Source: Thraustochytrium aureum (taxonomy: Eukaryota). Taken from it: a DNA stretch of 56,481 bases. Position numbers and translations under genes: made by a program. The stretch spans positions 21,675 to 78,155 of the forward strand of contig BLSG01000091.1 of assembly GCA_012862495.1 (NCBI GenBank), given 5' to 3'. Below, in pieces: positions 1-12,118 of the stretch. Positions within the stretch are counted from its first letter, which is position 1, and every line of letters starts with the position of its first letter. The notes under the pieces were generated by a model that worked only from the letters and a program-made list of their open reading frames with translations, was not told the DNA's origin and did not search any database.

Positions 1-2
1 CC

Positions 3-386
3 AACATCGAAGACACGCACGCCTCGTACAACCGCAACATAGACGTGCTCCTACGCGACCCAGTGGCCGAGGTGATGATTGCCACCCACAACCAAAAGTC
101 TTGCGAGTTCGCCACGCAAAAGATTGAGGAGTATGGGATCCAGCGGCTCAACGGCGGCGTGCATTTTGGCCAGCTCCTCGGCATGTCAGACCACATCACC
201 TTCACGCTTGGCCTTTGCGGGTACAGCGCCTTCAAGTACCTTCCGTACGGTCGGGTCGATGAGGTCTTGCCCTACCTGATCCGGCGCGCGCAGGAAAACT
301 CGGGGCTGATGTCTGGGGCTGTTGGGGAGCGGCGGATCATCGCCAAGGAGGTCCGCCGCCGCCTCAAGGCGGCGGTTGGTCTGTAG
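3..386 (+). CDS. PRODH: Proline dehydrogenase (proline oxidase), 3' portion; 5' end lies upstream of the window
   Basis: C-terminal PRODH motifs VMIATHN, FGQLLGM and KYLPYG..EVLPYLIRRAQEN; frame open from position 3; TAG at 384-386. Confidence 0.93.
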   Translation, partial: NIEDTHASYNRNIDVLLRDPVAEVMIATHNQKSCEFATQKIEEYGIQRLNGGVHFGQLLGMSDHITFTLGLCGYSAFKYLPYGRVDEVLPYLIRRAQENSGLMSGAVGERRIIAKEVRRRLKAAVGL

Positions 387-825
387 AAGGAGTTTTGACG
401 CTCCGTGGAGCTTGTGGGGTTTGCGGTTTCGCGCTCTGGCTTTCCCTTGCTTTCCGTGAGGACTTGTGGATTGATTTTGTCGAGGCCGACCCAAACCCTG
501 CCCTGTTTGAGGGCGCATCAAGTTAAAAGCCTTTCGACACGCTCGCGCCCCGTCCCGCCTCGCCTGCCTTCTCCGCTTTGCGCTGGCTCAGGCCGCCATC
601 GCTCGTCAAAGGGGGGCGGGGTGGCCGGGAAGGGGGCGACCCTCAGCATACAGGATCGATGGATGGATGGATGGACGCCCTCGGTGCTGCCGAGGGCCTG
701 AATGGGCGCATATGCAAGAGAGCGACTGCCTGGCTCCCTGGCTGACCGCGCGCGCGTGTTTAGTGGTCTGTGACAAGGAGTTTCCTTTATTCCATAGCTG
801 CTACTCGTTCGGACGCCCGCCCAGC

Positions 826-3800
826 CTACCGCTTGATAAAGGCTGCCTCAGACGCGGACAACAACTCCTCACCAAACAAGCGGCAGAGCTTGTCAACCTG
901 AGGGCAGTTGCGGTGCACTGCTGCAGCGGCCGACATTCTGATGCACTCCAGGTAAGTGTGCAGTTCGCTCAGCGCCTCTGCGTGCTCAGTGCTGTTCCCA
1001 ATCCGGTCCGCCTCAATCGCAGCCTCTGCCCGCAGCAGCAGCGTATGAACGGCGTTCCGGATCCCCGGGAGGAAAACGCAATCCTCGCGCGCCAGCAAGT
1101 CCTCCACGCGACAGCGGTAGCGGGCAAAGTGCGCCTTGAGCACGCTCGTCTTGAGCTTTCGACGCGACTCTTCGCAGCGCACGCGCTCCAAGAGCATGCT
1201 CTGCACAAGCTCGTTGCAAGTAACGAGCATGTCGAACTCGACGGCGATCGAGCCGCGGCGAAGCATGCGGACGATGTCCGGGAGCATCTTGGCGTTGCTT
1301 TTCAGGAGCGCGAGCCGCAAGATCGAGCGATAGGCCAGCACCATGTCGCCCCTGCTAAACGAATGCGCAACACGCAGCTTGACTGACTCGACGTACGTGC
1401 TGTGGTGCTCGGCCGTGGCGTCCATCGGGTCGCGGAGGTTGCGTCGCCCTCGCTCGGGCTCGTCCCCGCTGCAGATCACCTCCACGNNNNNNNNNNNNNN
1501 NNNNNNNNNNNNNNNNNNNNNNNNNNNNNNNNNNNNNNNNNNNNNNNNNNNNNNNNNNNNNNNNNNNNNNNNNNNNNNNNNNNNNNNNNNNNNNNNNNNN
1601 NNNNNNNNNNNNNNNNNNNNNNNNNNNNNNNNNNNNNNNNNNNNNNNNNNNNNNNNNNNNNNNNNNNNNNNNNNNNNNNNNNNNGTCGGCGTCTGGACAA
1701 AGAAGAACCCCACGGTCTTGCGCACCAGCAGGTAGAACGGGTCGCCGGCCCCGTCTTCTACGAGGACGCACATGTGCACGACGAGGGGTTCGCGCGCTTT
1801 CACAGCGCGCACTAGCTCTTGCTTGCACAAGGCCTTCTCTCTGCGGATTTTCTGCACGGTTAGGCTCTCGCCATGCGTGTACCGGGGGTCGCCACCTTTT
1901 CGCCAAGCGCGCGGTAAAACTCCTCGTCGTGCTGCGGAATGGCCTCTCGGGCGTCCCCCCAGAACTTTGCCGCGAGGCGGCTAGACTCTGCCGTTCTGTG
2001 CACTTGGTGGTGAAACACGGGGTACCAGCCGCCATCCAACCCAGGGTCGCCCTTCAGCAATGCGGTGGCAGGCGCGCCCGTCGCCAGACACAGGACGATG
2101 TTGTTCGCCGACTTGTCGTTGACGCGCAGCACCTCCGAGATCACAAAGTCGGCAAACATGTCGAGCGCGCCTTGCAAGCGCGGCCCTTCGTACACGTGCG
2201 TTTCGAAGAGGGTCACAGAGGGCGAGTCTCGCAAACCGCCAAGCGGATCGCGCTCTTCCCCAGCCGCAACTAGCCCATCCGCGAGCCGTGCGGCGTCGCC
2301 GGCCCTCTCCCCCCCGCTTATCGCGGTGTGGATGCGCGAGTAGAGCGTCGCAGTTCCACCAAGCGCTGTGCAAACGGTGACGCCATACGCGCCGCCCTTC
2401 TTCGATTGCGCAACGCCGCCAAAATCGCGCACGTTGGGCCCGTCGCGCGGGCTGATCGCGCCACATGCCTCGAGTGTTCCGAGGGTCCTCTCTGCAGCGA
2501 GCCCGTCACACCCGCGCAGCGCAGACACGATCCCATACATCGCGTGCGACGTAGCTCTGTGCACAAAGTTGTGCTCGTTCACGAGCTTGAGGCGCGTCCG
2601 CGTGGAAGCCAACAGGTTCCGTACGTCGTCGTCCGAGTCGCGCCAGAGCTCGTGCCGCGCAACTTCGGCCCGCAGGCGCGCCACGACCAGCGGGAACGGA
2701 TTTGGGTAGAGCTTGCCGTTCGTAAACAGGTCGAGTACAATTTCCTCCAGCACGCGGTCGACTCTGTTGTCGGTCACATACTCGAGCAGCGTGGCCTCGC
2801 GGGCCACCTCTGCAGGCACGGAGCGACGCTTCTTGGCGAGCTTCACCGCGTTGGGGACGCTCACAACGCGCATATTTGCCCCTCGCGCGTTCGGCTGCCC
2901 GAGCTTCGTTGGTATAGGCTTCGATGCACTGCCGGCCGGCCTCCCATAGTTCTTCGTCGTCATCCACAGTGGCAGATGCGGGCCCAACCTGGTTTGAGGA
3001 GGGTGGCGCCTTGCTCGCAGCTGCCTTGGCAGCGGCCGCCTTGGCGGCTTTGGCCGCTTTGGCGGCCCTTGGCGCCTTCGTTGCCGTTCCGTCTGGAGGT
3101 TCCTCGGCGCTGTCTCTCAGCCTGGCAAGAGCCTCTTCAACGACCTCCTCAATCAGCGTCACGAGTGTATCGCCGCTCTCGTGGCCGGCGTGAAAATAGG
3201 GCTGGGCGAGAACTGAGATGACGTCTCGCGAAACTGTGGTCTCGAGCGCTTCGCAGATGTAGCAGACCTGCTGCAAGCTCGAGCAGGTCGTCGCCTCGTC
3301 TATGATAAGCCGCTTGGACACGTGATCACACATGTCGTACAGGCTGTGCCGCACGGCGCGGCGCATGGCGACCACTTCCGAGCTGTCCGTGGAGAGAACA
3401 ACGTCGAGGAGGCGCTTGCGGTACACAGGAAACTGCTGGACAACCAGGTCCACGACGTCTGGGTCGGCAAATCCGCGGTGTGCATTGCCCGCGCCGCGCC
3501 TGTTCGAGGATGACGCCGGCCTTGCGCGCGGGTTGGTGGCGCCGAGATCGTCTTGTTGGCTTACGCGCGTCAGCTCCAACGCGAGCCGCATGACCCTGTT
3601 CCAGCACACGAGGCCGCGCAACTGCCCTGCGGAGGAGCGCATGAGTCGCTTGGTGTCCTCCAGGACAGTGTAGCGGCCTGCCATGGCCGTGAGACAGGTG
3701 AGACTCTCGACGGCCTCAACCAGGTTGCCGCTGACGTAACTTTTGATTACGCTCGCCTTGAGCCAGGATCGGTACGCGTGGTACATGTCGCGGTCGTCCA

Positions 3801-5257
3801 GCGTCCAGCAATCTCCACCAGGCGACTTGTGCAGCTCGGCGTAAAACTTGGCGTCATTTCGACGCCGGAAAACGCCCGTGCAAAGGCTGCTGAACGGGTG
3901 AACCGCAAACGAGCGATACTGCCCGCTGCTCTCCCCAGCTCGGTCCGTCTGGTCAAAGTGCATCGAGTAGACTTTCCGAACCCTGCAGAATCGACCCGGC
4001 TGGTGGCACCGTGCAAGGTCGGCGGAGGCGTTCTCCTCGCCGTCCGACTGGCCGCCTTCGCTTGCCCATTCACGAGGGCTCGCTTCCCTGCCGGTTTCGA
4101 GCGGCTCGTCGGCGGACCATGAGCGAGGTTGCTGTTCCAGATGCGGCAGATGAAGAATAAACTCAAACACGACCCGCCGCTTGGAGACGGTCGCCGCCTT
4201 TACTGCGCTGACAAAGGAGCTGCGAGATGCCTTGATTTTAGCCGCAGACCAGGACTTGAACTCGTCGCTCTGGGCCCGGTTACGGTGCTTGGCTTTATGG
4301 GCGCCTCCGGCTCCGAAGTCAGCTTTCTGGATTTGAATGCCGACGACAATCGCGCCCTCATCGGCTTGGAGAGCCTCGACCTCGCCAGCGATGTGTGCGG
4401 CGTAGAGGGTTACCGCCTTCTCAAACTTTGGCCCGCGCACAGCAAAGTCGGCGTTGACTCCGAGGTACTCGGGAAGGTATGGTAGCAGAATTCCGTGGAA
4501 GGTTGCGGGGCCCGTTAGCGCGGCAGCAAAGCGGATGTTGTACTCGTTCTTGGTGGATTCGCCGCACTCAAGCACGCACGGAAACCGCTCTATGCGGCGC
4601 AGCAAGTGCCGCACGGCGTCGGGGTCGGTGACTCTGAGGACGTTTTTCAGACCCCAGAGGTCGTCGTAGCCCTCCACGTTGGTGATTCGCGTGACTGCGT
4701 CTTCTGGGCCGACCGGTTGGAGCTCGAACTGAAACTCCTTTTCATGCGCGATGCCGAAGAAGAGTTCGGAGACGCGGAGCTTGTTGCTCAGGAAAATAAA
4801 CCTTTTGCACGCGCGGCCGCGCTTCAGTTAGACCATTGCATATGCGCTCGAAGCAGCGGCAGAAGCAGACTTACGGGTTCTCTGGCAGCTCAAGGAGGTG
4901 GAGGAGTTGCTGCGCAAGCCAGGGGGCAGTTAGCGCAACGCTCTTCTTCTACGTTTGGCGTTCAGAGGACGTACCTGAACGGCATCAAAGAGCACGCCGT
5001 TGATTTCCTTCTCGTTGAAGTAGCGCAGCCACGTGCCCGTGATGCCTTTGACCTCCTGTTGCTGCGCCACGCCGATAATATGATTCCGCTTGCGGCCCTC
5101 CCTCTCCGACTTTAGCGTAAACGGCTTGCGTCCTGGGATGTGCTGCTTGGCGCGCTCTGCGATCTGCGCCACGTCGCTGATAAGGCTAGCCGCATGAGCA
5201 GCCTCCTTGCGCCTTGCCGCGTCCGCCCCTTTCTCCAGCACCCGCCTCGCTGGCCAT
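826..5257 (-). CDS. Large uncharacterised protein (~1,430 aa) of two diverged repeats, each beginning with a Dpy-30/RIIa-like motif
   Basis: Joins ORFs 4930..5277, 2506..4677, 1860..2987 and 826..1857 through two GT-AG introns (4910-4974, 4802-4874) and single-base indels at homopolymers (~5228, ~2880, ~1898). Likely ATG at 5257 (MASEAGAGER...). Spans gap 1487-1683. Confidence 0.7.
4802..4874 (-). other. Spliceosomal intron, 73 nt
   Basis: GTAAGT donor, CTAAC branch site, AAAG acceptor; removal gives ...LPENP|FIFLSNKLR in frame with ORF 2506..4677. Confidence 0.8.
4910..4974 (-). other. Spliceosomal intron, 65 nt
   Basis: GTACGT donor, GCTAAC branch-like site, GCAG acceptor; removal gives ...FDAVQ|QLLHLL. 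Confidence 0.8.
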
Positions 5258-6159
5258 GCCGAGTGGCGGCCTCGCAACCCTCGCTTTCCCCCGTTCTCCG
5301 CAGCTCGCCGCGAGGCCTCGCCGCAACTGCGAGCCTCCTCGCGGCGCGAGCGCGGCAGCTCTGACGTTGCCAGCCTGCTGCCTGCCGGAGAGTAAATAGA
5401 CGAACGCGTGCCTTAGAGCGCGGCACGACGCCGGCACCAGGACCGCGGCCAACAGAAACGAACGCCTAGCGCGACGCGCGCTCGCGTCCCAGACGATGCG
5501 GACTGCCGCGGCCCTGCCTGCGCGAGTGGGGCATGGATTGATTGGGCTCGAGGTCTCCAACGGCTGGAACGGACAAAAAGGGCAAGCAAGGCTGTTTCTA
5601 GCTCGAGTTGTACGGAACAGGCCCACCGGGCCTTGACACGAAGCGGATGGCGCGCTGCGAGACCGGATGGCTCCTCGGCATGTTGTTTATGCAGGGANNN
5701 NNNNNNNNNNNNNNNNNNNNNNNNNNNNNNNNNNNNNNNNNNNNNNNNNNNNNNNNNNNNNNNNNNNNNNNNNNNNNNNNNNNNNNNNNNNNNNNNNNNN
5801 NNNNNNNNNNNNNNNNNNNNNNNNNNNNNAACAGCGGTGGATCGGTGAATGTGGGCCGTCGAAAAGGCGACGCAGACGCGCTCGACGGCGCGCACGAGTG
5901 CGTTCTCGAGTGTCGTCGTGCTCGACGCTAGTTGTGTGTATGTAGTACTCAGTAGAAGGTGCAGCATATTGAGTTATCGCAATCAGCTACTAGCGTCGCG
6001 CGCGAGATGCGGCCTCGTCGTCAGGTCGTCTTGGTCCGCGCGAGCAACGCCTGCGGCGGGGCTGTCCGATCGATCGCCATTGCGAACGCGCAACCCCGCT
6101 CCCTTCGGCAAGTGCTTGGGCAGGGCTCGTCGAGGAGCTTGCCTTTAAAAAAGGGAGCC

Positions 6160-7134
6160 CTAGGCAGAGACATAGGCGAGTCCGGCCTTGAGCATCCTGG
6201 CGATGTAGTCTGAGTCGCCTTGGCCATTGTACATGTGCGAGGCGTGGCCAAGCGCGGTGTAGAAGATCGGGGCGTCCTTTGGCCCGAGCGTGCGGCGCCA
6301 GGCGACGGGGTGGCGCTCGCCCATTGTGCCGCCCTCGTAGCTGGACTCGTCGACAGACGCGATGACCTCGAGGCCAGGCACCTTGGCCGGGTTGACGCTG
6401 TAGTTGAAAAACTCGTCCTCGTGCATGAATGTCTCCGGGAGCGTCTCAAGTCCGTGCCCGACCTTGCAGGCCACAGCTTTGTCGACGTTGACACGGCCCT
6501 GCTGCGGCGGAGGGTGCGCCACAAAGTGAGTGCCAAAAATCTCCTCCATAACCGGCGAGGTGGCCTGCAGGATCTTGGCCCCCGTGGCATCCTCGCCGTT
6601 GAGAAAGCTTGCGAGGCAAGCGTGCACGCCGAGGATGCCGCGCCCTTCCTTGATGTGTTTGTTCAGGATCGACTTGGACGGGTTGAAGATCTCCCCCGAG
6701 TTGTTGACGAAGACAATGACATCAAAATCGGGCGCAGTTGGCTCCTCAAGGAGCGAGGGGTCGTCAGAGACAACGGGGTCCATCCCCATCTCCCGGCACG
6801 CCTCGGCGAAGAAAGCCGCCGCTGCTGGCAAGGACTCGTGCACGTAGTCGAGCGCCTTGGTGTACACGAGGACGCGCTTGCGCGGCTTGGCCTCGAGCGC
6901 CTGCGGCTGGGCAAGGCTGCTGCGCTCGGCGAGCGCGTCCTTGCACACGTCGATGGACACTGTTTCGCTGATCCCGTCCATGGCCGGCACGAGCCGGGTA
7001 AAGTGCTCGGTGGCAAAGTGCGCGTCAAGAGCCTCCTGCGAGGCCCACTGCTCGGTGATGATAAAGCGGTCCTGCGTCCCCTGGCTGCGCACAAAGCTGT
7101 ACTGAAGACAGCCGGCCTCGCGCCAGGTCTCGCG
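6160..7134 (-). CDS. ABM (antibiotic biosynthesis monooxygenase-like) domain fused to a ThuA-like (class I glutamine amidotransferase fold) domain; start lies in gap 7137-7559
   Basis: N-part RETWREAGCLQYSFVR...FIITEQWASQEALDAHFATEHF is ABM-like. C-part has ThuA-like motifs RVLVYTK..YVHESL, GILGVHA, F.AHP, DEFFNY, VDESSYEGGTMG..HPVAW and FYTALGH. Confidence 0.82.
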   Translation of the reverse strand, partial: RETWREAGCLQYSFVRSQGTQDRFIITEQWASQEALDAHFATEHFTRLVPAMDGISETVSIDVCKDALAERSSLAQPQALEAKPRKRVLVYTKALDYVHESLPAAAAFFAEACREMGMDPVVSDDPSLLEEPTAPDFDVIVFVNNSGEIFNPSKSILNKHIKEGRGILGVHACLASFLNGEDATGAKILQATSPVMEEIFGTHFVAHPPPQQGRVNVDKAVACKVGHGLETLPETFMHEDEFFNYSVNPAKVPGLEVIASVDESSYEGGTMGERHPVAWRRTLGPKDAPIFYTALGHASHMYNGQGDSDYIARMLKAGLAYVSA

Positions 7135-9475
7135 CGNNNNNNNNNNNNNNNNNNNNNNNNNNNNNNNNNNNNNNNNNNNNNNNNNNNNNNNNNNNNNNNN
7201 NNNNNNNNNNNNNNNNNNNNNNNNNNNNNNNNNNNNNNNNNNNNNNNNNNNNNNNNNNNNNNNNNNNNNNNNNNNNNNNNNNNNNNNNNNNNNNNNNNNN
7301 NNNNNNNNNNNNNNNNNNNNNNNNNNNNNNNNNNNNNNNNNNNNNNNNNNNNNNNNNNNNNNNNNNNNNNNNNNNNNNNNNNNNNNNNNNNNNNNNNNNN
7401 NNNNNNNNNNNNNNNNNNNNNNNNNNNNNNNNNNNNNNNNNNNNNNNNNNNNNNNNNNNNNNNNNNNNNNNNNNNNNNNNNNNNNNNNNNNNNNNNNNNN
7501 NNNNNNNNNNNNNNNNNNNNNNNNNNNNNNNNNNNNNNNNNNNNNNNNNNNNNNNNNNNCTATGGTATAGTACGAGAATGCGACCCATCCTGTTTGCTCG
7601 TTCGTGTGCCTGCGCGTGTCAATCCTCCCGTCGTCTGCTCTGCGCTGTGCCTTTGCTTTATCCGGCTGTTTCTGTTCGAGCGGTGTTTGGGGTTTGCTGG
7701 TCGCCGTTCGATCTGGCCGAGCGGAGTCGAAGGCTTGCTGCGTGAGGCCTCAATGGTATGTGACAACTTCCGGCGTTCTTGCGAAGAATGCGCTTGCTTC
7801 CTGTTGCCGGCCTGCCAGAGAGCTGTTGGCTTGCCTGTTCTGAGTGTGATGGCAGAGACGACAGAGGCGACCGATAGCTCGACCGGCCCATCCATCCTTC
7901 CATACCATGTGTTGATGATCAGAGGGAGACGGAGTCGTGAGTCGTAGAGACTGCGCAGGACCGCAGAGCAGGCATCCAAGGCTGGCTAGCGTCGCTCGTG
8001 AGAGCGGCTGCAATTGCTCCAGTTCTGCGCGCGCGACCGCTCAGCCTGCCTGCTGTGCGCTAGAGCACGTAGAGTAGCGTAGAGTGAGTGAGTACCTTAC
8101 TCGCTCAGCAGCCAGAGACAAAAACGCGTCGCGCATCATCGTGACACGGCGCAGGGCGCGACGCGTCGTCCAGGCAACGTCCAGGCAACGTTGTCCTCCT
8201 GAATCAAACCGCCACTTACTTGCCGCTGGGGAGTGAGCCCATTTGCGGTGATCGCGTCGCGAGCCATCTCAGCTGCTGGAGCGCCCGCAGCACAAGCCCA
8301 CAAGGCCGTCACGGTCCTCCTGCCTGCCAAATTGCCAGGTGCTCTCTCTCGAGCTATAGAGGCGGTAGCGCAAGCAAGCCCCTGAGTGAGCTCTGGTACG
8401 ACTTCGCCACCGCAGTGAGTGCCGAATTCCGCACTCTGCCTCTTCTCTGTGGTCAAGCGAGCAGTTCAGCTCAAGCGAAGGAAGGGCCTTGGGAACGCAC
8501 GCGTTCCGCGCCCGGGAACTATTTGTAGCGTTCCCCGTAGTTCCCGGCGCTCCTCGTTCGTTCCCGCCGCGGCCGAACTCGCGGAGAATAAAGTAAGTAC
8601 CCACCTACCTACTCCTACTCTGGTGAGAGAGCGCGCCTCTGCTCTGGGAGGGTGGGTTCCTCGTTCCCGAGTCCCGACCGCCGGGCGTGGCCCGCGTCAC
8701 CGCCAAGGTGGGTGGGGGTGGATCCCAACTCGTTGAATCCCAAGGCAGAACGCGCGAGTGGCTGGCTTGCCTGCCTGCCTGCCTGCGAGGGAGCTTCCCC
8801 ACCGCACAATCGGCGGAGCGGCCTTTCTTTTTCCTCCCTCCGTTTCCTTTTTNNNNNNNNNNNNNNNNNNNNNNNNNNNNNNNNNNNNNNNNNNNNNNNN
8901 NNNNNNNNNNNNNNNNNNNNNNNNNNNNNNNNNNNNNNNNNNNNNNNNNNNNNNNNNNNNNNNNNNNNNNNNNNNNNNNNNNNNNNNNNNNNNNNNNNNN
9001 NNNNNNNNNNNNNNNNNNNNNNNNNNNNNNNNNNNNNNNNNNNNNNNNNNNNNNNNNNNNNNNNNNNNNNNNNNNNNNNNNNNNNNNNNNNNNNNNNNNN
9101 NNNNNNNNNNNNNNNNNNNNNNNNNNNNNNNNNNNNNNNNNNNNNNNNNNNNNNNNNNNNNNNNNNNNNNNNNNNNNNNNNNNNNNNNNNNNNNNNNNNN
9201 NNNNNNNNNNNNNNNNNNNNNNNNNNNNNNNNNNNNNNNNNNNNNNNNNNNNNNNNNNNNNNNNNNNNNNNNNNNNNNNNNNNNNNNNNNNNNNNNNNNN
9301 NNNNNNNNNNNNNNNNNNNNNNNNNNNNNNNNNNNNNNNNNNNNNNNNNNNNNNNNNNNNNNNNNNNNNNNNNNNNNNNNNNNNNNNNNNNNNNNNNNNN
9401 NNNNNNNNNNNNNNNNNNNNNNNTGAGCAGAGCTGAGGCCGCCAAACTATATCTTGTTTTGACTCCGTCCAGGGA

Positions 9476-10244
9476 ATGTGCGAAGTCAAGGCGGCCCGCG
9501 CGGCGGAAGGCGAGACTGCCAAGGTGGGCCCGGCGGATGCCGCAACGAAAGAGCACGTGGGGCACAAGTCGGGCGCAGTTGTGAAGCTGCCAGTGTCGTT
9601 TTTGGTGTGGTGCGCGGTGAAGACATGGTTTCAGCTGGGGATTAGCGCGGTGAGCATTGCGTTCATCATGCAGAGCGGTTTTTTTGTGCCTGGAGGATAC
9701 GACGCCACGGTGTGGTCACGGGAGAGCCTGGCGATGCTTTTCGTGCCGCAGGCCGTCTTTGAGATGACCGACCTGGCGTTCGAGACCTGGATCACCCTCA
9801 GCGTGCAGCGCAGCAACGACCACCTCCCGTGGGACTCGATTGTGCACCACACCGTCACCGCTCTCTACTACGCGTATATCTGGGCGGGAGCGGACACATT
9901 TGACCACGGGTTCCTGGGCCTGCCCGTAGCTGGGCTCAGTTGCCAGGTGATCGGCTGGCTGTACACGGCCTACAGGCTGCACTATCGCTTTCCGGCGATC
10001 GGGCTCACCTTGCTCCTGGTGCAGACGCTTTACCGGTGCCCGCTCGCGTTTGCGTCTATTCTGCGCGCGGCGCAGCACTACAAGGAGGCACCGCTCGTCC
10101 ACTTTTGGCATCTGCCTTATCCTGGCCCACCTTGATATTCGATGGACTGCGTGGTCGTACAAGCTTTATTGCCGGATGCGCCGCGAGCGCCGCCGCGCGG
10201 GATTTGCAGGCGCAAATGCCTACCCGCATCTCAAGGCCCTGTAA
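9476..10244 (+). CDS. Multi-pass membrane protein, probable TLC (TRAM/LAG1/CLN8) domain
   Basis: Several hydrophobic helices and an 'IVHHTV' di-His motif. An extra T in the TTTT run at ~10103 joins ORF 9476..10135 to the frame ending ...ICLILAHLDIRWTAWSYKLYCRM...KAL* at 10244. Confidence 0.6.
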
Positions 10245-10524
10245 CTTGCTTTTTGAAGACGATTGCTGCTGGGAACTGAGAACGCGCGAAGAGCCAGCGA
10301 GGCGGCCGTTCTCTGGCTCTAGAGAGCGAGCGAGCAACCTGTCCCCACTCTCGACGAGGGGTGGGTGTTTCTGTAGTGTAGGCTCGGGTCGACAGGCCCG
10401 AATATAAAAAGTATTCCGCCAGCCAGCCATCAGTTCCACCACATCCGCCGACCCGCAGCGCTCGAGCGCAGGGCACTCGTTCATGCGCTCTGGAGCCCCG
10501 CGGCACGCAAAAACAAGCATCCGC

Positions 10525-11735
10525 TCATGAGACCGGCAGGCGCGTGCGAAACATGGAGCGCCAACGCTTGCCCGTGACGTACAAGTCACGGGTGGCTCGG
10601 TCGAAAGCAATCCCGTTCATCACCTCCGGGTCCCCTGAGGGATCGCCGTGCTGCCGCAGCAAGCCCCGAAAGTCGTACGAGCCCACCACGCGCCCCGTGC
10701 GCACGTCGATGCGAACCACCATCTCAGAGTACCAGCGATTTGCGAGCAGCTCGTGCCGTCCGACAAATTCAATCTCGTTCAACTCGCGCACAGGCTTGCC
10801 GGTTTCCGGGTCGAAAACGGCCAACCTGCCAAGTTCTTGAAGCGTGACGGGGTCCCAAAAGTGCAGGAACTCGGACCCGTCGGTGACGACGACGACCGTG
10901 CCGTTGTTGGAAATGCCCCATCCTTCGCCACGGTGCGTCTCGAACGGGCGCCCCGTTCGGATCTCCAACGTGTCCGGGTCCAGCTCGAACAAAATTTTCT
11001 CGCGCCAGGTGAGCACGACGAACCGGTCGCCCACCAGATCGATGCCTTCGGCGAACACCTCGGCAGGGAGCTTTTTCTGACGCAGCGTCGCCCCGCTCTT
11101 CGGGTCCACTACCTGGACGCGCGACTCGCCGTACATCCCGCAGCTCTCCACCAGCAGCCCTTGGTGCAGCACGAGGCCTTGCGTATAGCAGGTCTCATCG
11201 TGCTGCGTCACACTGGGCACGGCAAGAACCTTCCGGCCGAGGTCCACCTCGCTGCCCCCGAGCCAGCCCACGTCAGCGCCTCCAACTCGCTAGCCGCGCC
11301 AGCCGCAGGACTTACCTTCCCTCGAGCAGCAGCNNNNNNNNNNNNNNNNNNNNNNNNNNNNNNNNNNNNNNNNNNNNNNNNNNNNNNNNNNNNNNNNNNN
11401 NNNNNNNNNNNNNNNNNNNNNNNNNNNNNNNNNNNNNNNNNNNNNNNNNNNNNNNNNNNNNNNNNNNNNNNNNNNNNNNNNNNNNNNNNNNNNNNNNNNN
11501 NNNNNNNNNNNNNNNNNNNNNNNNNNNNNNNNNNNNNNNNNNNNNNNNNNNNNNNNNNNNNNNNNNNNNNNNNNNNNNNNNNNNNNNNNNNNNNNNNNNN
11601 NNNGAGCACCATGGCGGCGAGGATCCCGGCCAGCGCAGGCCAGGCTAGCCGCGCCTCGCCTGCGCTCTGCTCGGACGTGCCGCCGCCCAGGGGCCTCCGT
11701 GGTGCGCTGCCGCGCCGCCGCGCCGCGCCCGCCAT
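10525..11735 (-). CDS. Glutaminyl-peptide cyclotransferase, type I (plant/bacterial beta-propeller QC), probably N-terminally anchored; interrupted by gap 11334-11603
   Basis: Motifs HD..YTQGL, ESCGMYGESR, FAEGI, LTWRE, EGWGI, TDGS, LNEIEFV, VMNGIA, VTGKRW. A candidate ATG at 11735 precedes a hydrophobic stretch (LAWPALAGILAAMVL) upstream of the gap. Confidence 0.9.
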
Positions 11736-12118
11736 CGGCCGAGCTCGAACAGGACTCTGCCGCGCACGAAACAACAACCTGCGCGACGTCACTCTGGAGT
11801 CGGGAGTTTGATTGATTGAGTACTCATCGAGAATCACGAACGAGTGCTACCTACCTACGTATGTGTGCTCGGCACGGCGTGCTGCACGCGGTGGCACGGG
11901 CGGGACGAACTCGGACGAGCTTGCGGGCGTTGTTGTGCACCGAGGACCTGCGCTTGTTGGCCGGCTGGCCTTGTCGCGCGCGGCAAGAGAGCTGAATTCT
12001 GCTTGCTGGTCGCGCCTGCGAGCCTAGCAAAGGGTCCGCAGCAAGGGGGAGAAGGGCGTTGCGGTGCTTGGTACCAACGATGCACCATGATGTCTACACT
12101 TGACATGCATTTTTACGA

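Noticed and set aside
7560..8852. Short ORFs between the ABM-ThuA and TLC genes
   Set aside because: No domain signal; looks like promoter/UTR sequence, possibly with a 5' UTR intron (GTAAGT at ~8593).
8605..9584. Long ORFs made mostly of X residues, here and at other gaps
   Set aside because: Artefacts of translating through N runs.
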